This document shows positions 27,871 through 35,410 of a stretch of 64,000 bases of DNA, one piece after another. The stretch is from positions 2,120-66,119 of the forward strand of contig SLGK01000001.1 of NCBI GenBank assembly GCA_007123775.1, read 5' to 3'. The notes below the pieces were generated by a model, which was given only the letters and a program-made list of their open reading frames with translations, did no database searches and was not told the origin of the DNA. The position numbers and the translations under genes were made by a program. How positions within the stretch are numbered: the stretch's first letter is position 1; each line of letters starts with the position of its first letter. The DNA comes from Anaerolineae bacterium (lineage in GTDB: Bacteria > Chloroflexota > Anaerolineae > Promineifilales > Promineifilaceae).

Positions 27871-29637
27871 ATGGCCGATAAAACATTAGACAAACGCAGC
27901 GGACAGCTAGACGACACGCCCTGGGGACACAAATGGGGCTTCAAAGACACCCGCTTCGTTTTGCAGCCAGACCGTACCGTTACCGTTACCGGCGAGCGGT
28001 ACGCCCTCTCTGGCACCGAAATGCCCGAGTTCATCCCCTTTGTTGAGGAGATGCTGGGCATCACCATTGACCCCAACGAAATCAAACCGGAAGTGGCCGA
28101 CAAACCGGTTCCGCCGCCAATCATGAACGATGCCTTTTACCAGGCACTCCGGGCGAGCTTCCCCGCCAGCCAATATTCACAGGCAAAGGGAGACCGGCTG
28201 CTGCACAGTCACGGTCAAACCACCGTCGATGAGGTCTATCAGGTCCTCTACAACAAGATAGACCGGGTGGCCGACCTGGTTTTCTACCCCGAATCAGACG
28301 AAGATGTGGTCAAGCTGATCAAGCTGGCGGCCGAGCATGACGTTTGCCTGGTCCCCTTTGGCGGCGGCACCAGCGTCAGTTGCGCCCTCAAGCTGCCGAG
28401 CGACGAGACGCGCATGATTGTGGTGGCCGATATGCGTCGCATGAACAGAATTCTCTGGGTGGACCATGAAAACCATATCGCCTGCATTCAGGCCGGCATT
28501 ACCGGCAAAACGCTGGAAGAAGAGCTAGAAAAGATCGGCTACACCAGCGGCCACGAGCCAGACAGCATGGAGCTGTCAACGCTGGGCGGCTGGATTGCCA
28601 CCAACGCCAGCGGCATGAAGAAAAACAAATATGGCAATATTGAAGATATGATCGACAATTACACGTTGATCACCCCCAAAGGCGTCATTGAACAAAAGAC
28701 AACCATGCCGCGCCTTTCTATTGGCATGCAGCCGACCAAATTCCTGTTTGGTAATGAGGGCAATTTGGGCATCATTACCAAAGCCGAGATGCGTATCCAC
28801 AAGCTGCCCGAAGCCAAAAAGTATGGCTCGATTGTCTTCCCTAGCCTTGAACACGGGATTAAATTTCTGTATGAGCTGACGCGCACCGGTGTTTTACCCG
28901 CCAGCGTACGCCTGGTTGACAACTTCCAATTCCGCTTTGGCTCGGCCCTGCGCCCCAAACCAGATGCGATGGGGGCTATTATCCACAAGCTGCAAAAATT
29001 CTTCTTGCTCAAGGTGAAAGGGTTTGATCCAAACAAAATGGTAGCCACAACGCTGGTAATGGAAGGGGACCGCAGTGAGGTAGCCTATCAGGAAAAGCTG
29101 GTTTACCGGCTGGCCAGTAAGCATGGCGGCATTGCCGGTGGCGAGGGGAACGGCAAGCGGGGCTATATGCTGACCTACGCCATTGCCTATATCCGTGACT
29201 TTATGGCTGACTATCACGTAACGGGCGAAACGTATGAAACGACCGTCCCCTGGGACAGAATTGATGATGTACTAAAGAGTGTCGAGCAAAAAGCGGCCGA
29301 ATTGCATAAAGCGTATGGGCTGCCGGGCAAACCGTATGTATCGCCGCGTATTACGCAGCTTTACCATACCGGCGTCTGCGTCTACTTTACGCACGGTTTT
29401 TCGGGCAAAGGGGTAGACAACCCCGACCGAATTTTCTCCAAAATTGAGCATGAGTTGCGTGAGACGATTCTGGCTAACGGCGGGTCACTGTCGCACCATC
29501 ACGGCATTGGCAAATTGCGTAAGGATTTTATGCCCGGTACGCTCTCCGAGACGAGCATTGAACTGCTGCGTGAGGTGAAGCAGGCGCATGATCCGCAGAA
29601 TATTTTCGGTATTCGGAATAATGTGTTTGCGGAGTAG
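27871..29637 (+). CDS. FAD-linked oxidase, alkyldihydroxyacetonephosphate synthase (AGPS)-like
   Basis: The N-terminus TPWGHKWGFKDTRFVLQPDRTVTVTGERYALSGTEMPEFIPFVEEMLGI parallels the WNGWGY.D..F......G.R.YPLSG segment of AGPS. It is followed by an FAD_binding_4 pattern (VPFGGGTSV) and C-terminal HHHGIGK. Confidence 0.8.
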   Translation: MADKTLDKRSGQLDDTPWGHKWGFKDTRFVLQPDRTVTVTGERYALSGTEMPEFIPFVEEMLGITIDPNEIKPEVADKPVPPPIMNDAFYQALRASFPASQYSQAKGDRLLHSHGQTTVDEVYQVLYNKIDRVADLVFYPESDEDVVKLIKLAAEHDVCLVPFGGGTSVSCALKLPSDETRMIVVADMRRMNRILWVDHENHIACIQAGITGKTLEEELEKIGYTSGHEPDSMELSTLGGWIATNASGMKKNKYGNIEDMIDNYTLITPKGVIEQKTTMPRLSIGMQPTKFLFGNEGNLGIITKAEMRIHKLPEAKKYGSIVFPSLEHGIKFLYELTRTGVLPASVRLVDNFQFRFGSALRPKPDAMGAIIHKLQKFFLLKVKGFDPNKMVATTLVMEGDRSEVAYQEKLVYRLASKHGGIAGGEGNGKRGYMLTYAIAYIRDFMADYHVTGETYETTVPWDRIDDVLKSVEQKAAELHKAYGLPGKPYVSPRITQLYHTGVCVYFTHGFSGKGVDNPDRIFSKIEHELRETILANGGSLSHHHGIGKLRKDFMPGTLSETSIELLREVKQAHDPQNIFGIRNNVFAE

Positions 29638-29646
29638 GGGGCGTTG

Positions 29647-29711
29647 TAGCGTAAAGCGTAATGCGTAAAACGTAACAAGGAGGCTTTACGCATTACGTTT
29701 TACGTTTTACG
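29647..29711. repeat. Inverted pair of heptamer arrays (GCGTAAA/GCGTAAT/GCGTAAA versus TTACGCA/TTACGTT)
   Basis: Left arm 29647-29675, loop caaggaggc, right arm 29685-29711. It is preceded by GTAGGGGG straight after the TAG stop. Confidence 0.85.
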
Positions 29712-29785
29712 GCAAACTACTTGAACAGACAAAGGCTCTGTTGCGCTTGCGCCAAAACACAAATCGTTTATAATTCCACACTGTT

Positions 29786-29859
29786 CGGGGCGTGGCGCAG
29801 CCTGGTAGCGCGCACCGTTCGGGTCGGTGAGGTCGTGGGTTCGAATCCCGCCGCCCCGA
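29786..29859 (+). tRNA. tRNA-Pro (anticodon CGG)
   Basis: Hand-folded cloverleaf: acceptor CGGGGCG/CGCCCCG, D stem GCGC/GCGC, anticodon stem CACCG/CGGTG with loop TTCGGGT (CGG, G37), T stem GTGGG/CCCGC with loop TTCGAAT, discriminator A. 74 nt, CCA not encoded. Confidence 0.95.
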
Positions 29860-30041
29860 CAAGTTTTGAAAAACGGCCGTTTCTGACGAAACGGCCGTTT
29901 TCCAAGTTGATGTATTCACACAGCGACTGTCTGTCTATTTCCTACACACAGCCCACAAATGTCCTACATAACATGATGTAGCGACTCAATAATCTTGGCC
30001 TGACTGCAGGCCAATACAACCAACCAGAAGGAGGTTACACC

Positions 30042-31394
30042 ATGAGGAAGTCCCATTTCTTGCGTCTGAGTCTGTTCGTTGGGCTGATTGCCGTTCTGTT
30101 CTTGATAATCGGCTCTGGTGCGCTGGCCGCACCGCCAGCGGATGGGCCGCCCGGGCTGGAACGCGCCAAGCAGATACAGGAAGCCAATACGCCCGGTTTA
30201 CTGGCTATGCCTGGTGTAGTGGGCACTGCTGTGTCCGTGGATGAAGACGGCCGTCCCGTCATCCGCATCTTTACCGAGGCTGAAGGCATTCTGGGTATTC
30301 CTGCCAGCCTACAAGGCATCCCGGTTCAGACCGTCGTAACCGGTATCATCTGGGCACAGGATACCACTTCCAAATACCGGCCATCGCCCATTGGTGTCTC
30401 CGTGGGCCATCCCAGCATTACCGCGGGCACCATTGGCGCACGCGTGGTAGACGCTAACGGCAACGCCTACATCCTGAGCAACAACCATGTGCTGGCCAAT
30501 AGCAACAACGCCAACATCGGTGACAACATTCTTCAGCCCGGCCCCTTTGACGGCGGCAGCAACCCCGGCGACGCCATCGGCACGCTGTACGACTTTGAGC
30601 CGATTGTGTTTGGCGGCAGCCCCAACCTGATGGATGCAGCCATTGCGGCCGTGCCCGATGCCGACTTGCTGAGCAGCACCCTTCCCGCTGGCTATGGCTC
30701 ACCCAGCGGCCAGATAGTCAATCCCTCCGTTGGCCAATCGGTGCAAAAATGCGGCCGTACCACCGGCTGCACCGTCGGCACCGTGGAAGAGGTCAATGTG
30801 ACCGTCAACGTCTGTTTTGCCGGCACCATCTTCTGCACCCGCTCGGCCACCTTTGTCAACCAGTTCACCATCACGCCCGGCAGTTTCAGCGCCGGTGGTG
30901 ATTCCGGTTCGCTCATTGTGACCAATAATAACAACCGCCACGCCGTAGGTTTGCTCTTTGCCGGCAGCTCTACCCGCACCATCGCCAACCCCATTGGCGT
31001 CGTGCTGGATCGCTTTGGCGTGACGATTGACAGCGGCGATGGTGGCGGTCCGGCCCCCACGCCCACAACCGCTCCCACCGCAACACCTGCACCGGACCCG
31101 ACAGCCACACCGCCCCCTGATCCAACAGCCACACCTGATCCGGGCGAACCCGGCGACATTCAGCTTGCGGCCTCCGCTTATAAGATACGTGGGGTGAATC
31201 ACGTTGATCTTAGCTGGAGCGGAGCCAGCGGGTCGCAGGTTGACATCTACTTCAACGGCTCGCTGTTAACCACAACCGCCAACAACGGTGCTTATACCCA
31301 CAATACCGGTACGCGTGGTGGCCAATCCTTCACTTACCAGGTATGTGAAGCTGGTACCAGCACCTGTTCGGCTATTGTTAATGTAAACATTTAA
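30042..31394 (+). CDS. Secreted S1-family (chymotrypsin/alpha-lytic-like) serine protease with PT-rich linker and C-terminal beta domain
   Basis: Signal peptide. Catalytic His in SNNHVLAN, Asp in MDAAIAAV and Ser in AGGDSGSLIV. PAPTPTTAPTATPAPDPTATPPPDPTATPDP linker. Confidence 0.8.
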   Translation: MRKSHFLRLSLFVGLIAVLFLIIGSGALAAPPADGPPGLERAKQIQEANTPGLLAMPGVVGTAVSVDEDGRPVIRIFTEAEGILGIPASLQGIPVQTVVTGIIWAQDTTSKYRPSPIGVSVGHPSITAGTIGARVVDANGNAYILSNNHVLANSNNANIGDNILQPGPFDGGSNPGDAIGTLYDFEPIVFGGSPNLMDAAIAAVPDADLLSSTLPAGYGSPSGQIVNPSVGQSVQKCGRTTGCTVGTVEEVNVTVNVCFAGTIFCTRSATFVNQFTITPGSFSAGGDSGSLIVTNNNNRHAVGLLFAGSSTRTIANPIGVVLDRFGVTIDSGDGGGPAPTPTTAPTATPAPDPTATPPPDPTATPDPGEPGDIQLAASAYKIRGVNHVDLSWSGASGSQVDIYFNGSLLTTTANNGAYTHNTGTRGGQSFTYQVCEAGTSTCSAIVNVNI

Positions 31395-31406
31395 CCAGTT
31401 TCATGG

Positions 31407-31446
31407 CAGGTAGGGATAGGCCAGCGGTTTATCCCTACCTGTTTTA
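31407..31446 (+). terminator. Rho-independent terminator after the protease gene
   Basis: Perfect 11-bp stem CAGGTAGGGAT/ATCCCTACCTG (31407-31417 / 31431-31441) followed by TTTT. Confidence 0.75.
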
Positions 31447-32892
31447 GGTTAATATAGCTGCCAATCGCCTTACTCCTTCCTCAATATCAGCTTCATTCAG
31501 CCCGCTAAAGCCCAGCAAAACCGCCGGGGGCGACGGCCGTTCCACATAGTAGACCGAACCCGGATACACCACCACCCCCGCCTCAGCCGCCCGCCGCATG
31601 ATGGCCGCCTCATCCTCATGGGGCTGTAGCCGGAGCATAATGTGTAAACCGGCCGCAACGGCCGTCCAGCTAACCCGATCCCCCATCTGATCGCGCAGTG
31701 CATTTTCCAATACTTCTCGGCGCGCACCGTAGGTCTGACGCAACTGGCGCAAATGGCGTTCAAAGTGGCCCTCGGCCATAAAGTCAGCCACGGCGGCCTG
31801 CATCAGCGTGGGTGCGCCCCGGTCTAGCAACGATTTGGCCTGCAGAAACGGCCGTACCAGCACCTCCGGCAGCACCACGTAACCCAGGCGCAGCGCCGGA
31901 AACAACACCTTAGAAAAGGTGCCCAGATAAACGACACGGCCGTCGCGGTCCAGCCCTTGCAACGCGCCGAGCGGCTGGCTGTCATAGCGCAGCTCCCCGT
32001 CGTAATCATCCTCTACAATCAGCGCGTCATGCCGCCGCGCCCATTGCAGCAGCGCCAGTCGCCGCGCCAAAGGCAGCGTACCCCCACGCGGAAACTGATT
32101 AGAGGGCGTCACGAAGAGCAGTTTGGCCTCGCTTGCCGCTGGCAGACGGTCTACCAGAATACCCTCGTCATCCACAGGCAGGGCAGTCAGGTGCGCCCCA
32201 TGTACCTGAAATAGCGCGTAGGCGTCCGTGTAGCCCGGCGTTTCTACCACCACCTCGCTGCCGGACGGGAGCAGCAGCCGGGCCAGCAGATCTAGTGCCT
32301 GCTGCGCCCCACTGACAATGACCACCTGCTCTGGCTCACACACAACGCCGCGCCACTGGCTCAGGTAAGTGGCTAATGCCTGCCGCAGCGGATAAAACCC
32401 GGCCACCGAGCCGTAGCGGGACAGCATGGCATCGTCCGTACTCAGGTAGCGGGCCAACAGTCGTCGCCAGATGTCATAAGGAAAAGTGTGGGGAAAAGAA
32501 CGGCCGAAACCAAAATCGATCAAGCCCCGGTTATCCCCGACGCGATTACGGGCCACTGGCAGGGAGGCGACTCGCTGCCCCCAATCTGATAGAGTCGGTT
32601 TGAAAACGGCCGTTTCCTCCCCGGCTATCACCTGCCGCAACATCTCGGCCACAAACGTACCCGCCCCCACCCGGCTCACGACCAGCCCTTCTGCTTCAAG
32701 CTGAGCGTATGCCTGAGCCACCGTCACCCGCGCCACGCCCAACTGAGCCGCCAGCCGCCGCGTGGCCGGCAACCGCATCCCGGCCGTCACTCGCCCCGAC
32801 ACAATAGCCTGCCGTATTTCGGCATAAATTTGCCGATAAAGCGGCAGATCGGTATCTTTAAGGTGTAGGTTGATACTTAAATTCATGGTCAA
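31444..32892 (-). CDS. MocR/PdxR-type regulator (GntR wHTH fused to a fold-type I PLP aminotransferase domain)
   Basis: N-terminal LYRQIYAEIRQAIVSGRVTAGMRLPATRRLAAQLGVARVTVAQAY (GntR HTH) plus a ~360-aa aminotransferase-like domain (TFSKVLFPALRLGY contains the PLP lysine context). Confidence 0.9.
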   Translation of the reverse strand: MTMNLSINLHLKDTDLPLYRQIYAEIRQAIVSGRVTAGMRLPATRRLAAQLGVARVTVAQAYAQLEAEGLVVSRVGAGTFVAEMLRQVIAGEETAVFKPTLSDWGQRVASLPVARNRVGDNRGLIDFGFGRSFPHTFPYDIWRRLLARYLSTDDAMLSRYGSVAGFYPLRQALATYLSQWRGVVCEPEQVVIVSGAQQALDLLARLLLPSGSEVVVETPGYTDAYALFQVHGAHLTALPVDDEGILVDRLPAASEAKLLFVTPSNQFPRGGTLPLARRLALLQWARRHDALIVEDDYDGELRYDSQPLGALQGLDRDGRVVYLGTFSKVLFPALRLGYVVLPEVLVRPFLQAKSLLDRGAPTLMQAAVADFMAEGHFERHLRQLRQTYGARREVLENALRDQMGDRVSWTAVAAGLHIMLRLQPHEDEAAIMRRAAEAGVVVYPGSVYYVERPSPPAVLLGFSGLNEADIEEGVRRLAAILT

Positions 32893-32999
32893 TTAGTACC
32901 CAAAGCGTATTGCCTAGCCTGCGGTAACGTTATACCGTTAATGGTGACGGTTCGTGGCGTAAAGGCATACCAGGCACGGGTCATAAAAAAGGTCAAATT

Positions 33000-33620
33000 A
33001 TGCCCTATCGAAGCAGTGACAAAACACGCCAGAAAAAAGACAGCAAACGGACGAGCATGATGCAGGCGGCCGTTCAAGTTTTTGCCGAAAAAGGTTATCA
33101 TGCAGCCACCGTGCGCGACATCGTTGAGATCGCCGATGTGGCCGTCGGTACATTTTACTTCTATTTTCCCGACAAGGAGACCTTATTCACCCATCTCTAT
33201 GATGAAACGGCCGATTTCCTGGTACAGACGCTGCAACAAGCCAGCGTAAGCCGTAGCCTGTGGCCCCAGCAGGTCCAGGCCATTATCCAGGCCTACGTCA
33301 ATCTGGCCATCTTTGAACCGGCTATCATCCAGCTCCTACTCATTGGCGGCAGCGGCACGCCCGCGCTGGCCACCAGGCGTCAACGATTTCGCCACCAGTT
33401 GACGCAGCTCTGGCAACGGCCGTTAACAGAGGCGCTGACCAATGAGCAACTGCCCGACCAGGACAGCCGTCTCACGGCCGAAGCCATCGTGGGCGCGGTT
33501 GATGAAGTGATTCTTAAACTGCTCAACCTGCCCGAACCGGAATTGGCGGCGGACGGTACCGTCCTAAACCTGACCCGCTTTGTCCTGCGGGCGACCGGCC
33601 CTTTCCGAGAGAAGACGTAA
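33000..33620 (+). CDS. TetR/AcrR-family transcriptional regulator
   Basis: AAVQVFAEKGYHAATVRDIVEIADVAVGTFYFYFPDKE is the TetR HTH signature. Confidence 0.9.
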   Translation: MPYRSSDKTRQKKDSKRTSMMQAAVQVFAEKGYHAATVRDIVEIADVAVGTFYFYFPDKETLFTHLYDETADFLVQTLQQASVSRSLWPQQVQAIIQAYVNLAIFEPAIIQLLLIGGSGTPALATRRQRFRHQLTQLWQRPLTEALTNEQLPDQDSRLTAEAIVGAVDEVILKLLNLPEPELAADGTVLNLTRFVLRATGPFREKT

Positions 33621-33653
33621 AGGCGCGTTCAGGCGTAAAACGCCAAAGGCAAC

Positions 33654-35393
33654 ATGGTTCAACCGATGCCCACACACCTGCCCGAATCTGGCCAGGCATT
33701 ACCCCAACTGGCAGAAGCTGCCCACACAATCCTGAGCGCGACCAGATTGCCTGACCTCTGGACGGCCGTTATCAACGCCATTCGCACCACGCTGAAACCC
33801 GACGCCGTGGCCATCTGTTACTACGCGCCAGACAGCCTGGGACAGATAGACGTTTACGGCTACAACATATCAGACAGATTTCTAAAGCGAGCCGCCAGTC
33901 AGCCTGCCCTATGGCGCAAAAATCAAATCATTACAGCCCCTAAAGAAGAGGAACCGGCCAACCCCACCCACTACATGCTGCAACAAGAGTCGCTGGCCAG
34001 GGCCACCGTCTTTCCGTTTGTAGCGCAGGACACACTGCAAGGCGGCATTTTGGCCGGCTGGCAAACGGCCGTTAGCCTCACCCCAGACCAGCTAGAAGCA
34101 GGGCGGTTAGTGGCCCAAATGGCCGCCGCCACTATTCAAAATATCAACTTGTTTGCCGCCCAGGCCCGCGCTCTTCAGCGCGAACAACAGCTAAACGAAT
34201 TTAGCCGCACCCTCAACGAACTACAAGACCTGCCCTCTATCCTCTCTTACGTGGCCGAAATCGCCACCCAGTTAACCGATGCCAATCGTGGCAAAATGGG
34301 GCTGATTGTCGGCGAACAGGTCATGATGTTCTATCCTGTTAACTTTCCTGCTGACGCCATTTTGCGCCCTTTGTCACGCGGCCAGGGTTTACCCTGGACC
34401 TTAGCCGAAAGCGGCCAATCGCTTATTCTTAATGACTACGCGAATCATCACCAGGCTGACCCGGAGATTGTGGCGGCTGGGGCTTCGGCATTCCTGGGTG
34501 TGCCGATCTTGGTCTGGGACGACCAATGTTTGGGTACAATCAACCTCTTCAAGACCACCCCCGGCCACAGATTTAATCAGCGCGATCTGGAACTGGTCGA
34601 ATCGCTGGCGCGCCAGACGGCCGTAGCTATCAAGAACTCCCGTCTCTATGCAGAGTACGAACAGCGCACCAGTTCTCTGGCCAGCGCCCTCATGCGCCAG
34701 GAAGAGATGGACCGGCTAAAGAATCTGTTTGTGCAAAATATCTCCCACGAGCTGCGAACGCCGTTGGGCATTATTTACGGTCATGCTGAACTGCTGTCAA
34801 GCGGGGCTTTAGGCGAACTGGCGCATGGACAAAAAGACTCGATTGAAATTATTGCTCGCCGCGCCAAAATGTTAACCAATCTGGTAAACGACCTGAACGC
34901 CCTACTGGCGGCCGAAACGCAAGAGTTCCGTCGTGAACTCATTGACCCTGTGACCCTCCTCAGCAAATTGGTTGATGATTACCGGCTGCAAGCCGCAGAA
35001 TATGAGCTAAATATTACGGCTGATTTGCCGGAAGAAGCCCCATTTGTACACGGTGATCTGACAAACCTACGACGGATGTTCGACAATCTGATGTCTAATG
35101 CCTTTAAGTTCACTCCGTCAGGGGGCACGATCACGCTCCGTCTGAAGACAGTTGACAAGAATCTGCACATTGAGGTCAGTGATACGGGCATAGGCATTCC
35201 GGCCGAGCATCTGCACCGCATTTTTGAGCGTTTTTATCAGGTCGCCGGGGATCTGGCGCGACCGCAGGGGGGTACGGGGCTGGGTCTGGCCCTGGTCAGG
35301 GAAATCGTCAATGCCCACCATGGCCAGATTACGGTCGAAAGCCAGCAAGGGGCAGGTACGACGTTTCATATCAGGCTGCCCGCGGCCGGTTAG
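33654..35393 (+). CDS. GAF-domain sensor histidine kinase
   Basis: Two GAF-like regions, HisKA H-box FVQNISHELRTPL, and HATPase N/G boxes (NLMSNAFKF, DTGIGI, GTGLGLALV). No response regulator is adjacent. Confidence 0.9.
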   Translation: MVQPMPTHLPESGQALPQLAEAAHTILSATRLPDLWTAVINAIRTTLKPDAVAICYYAPDSLGQIDVYGYNISDRFLKRAASQPALWRKNQIITAPKEEEPANPTHYMLQQESLARATVFPFVAQDTLQGGILAGWQTAVSLTPDQLEAGRLVAQMAAATIQNINLFAAQARALQREQQLNEFSRTLNELQDLPSILSYVAEIATQLTDANRGKMGLIVGEQVMMFYPVNFPADAILRPLSRGQGLPWTLAESGQSLILNDYANHHQADPEIVAAGASAFLGVPILVWDDQCLGTINLFKTTPGHRFNQRDLELVESLARQTAVAIKNSRLYAEYEQRTSSLASALMRQEEMDRLKNLFVQNISHELRTPLGIIYGHAELLSSGALGELAHGQKDSIEIIARRAKMLTNLVNDLNALLAAETQEFRRELIDPVTLLSKLVDDYRLQAAEYELNITADLPEEAPFVHGDLTNLRRMFDNLMSNAFKFTPSGGTITLRLKTVDKNLHIEVSDTGIGIPAEHLHRIFERFYQVAGDLARPQGGTGLGLALVREIVNAHHGQITVESQQGAGTTFHIRLPAAG

Positions 35394-35410
35394 CGGCAAG
35401 CCGCTGCCAA

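Noticed and set aside
29868-29902. Two extended HIP copies (AAACGGCCGTTT at 29871-29882 and 29889-29900) after the tRNA as intrinsic terminators
   Set aside because: As hairpins they would have only 4-bp stems around a GGCC loop, too weak to call. They are noted only as HIP copies.
29786-30041. Integrated mobile element at tRNA-Pro
   Set aside because: There is no integrase, no direct repeat of the tRNA 3' end and no phage or plasmid genes adjacent. Only the upstream HIP-free stretch hints at foreign DNA.
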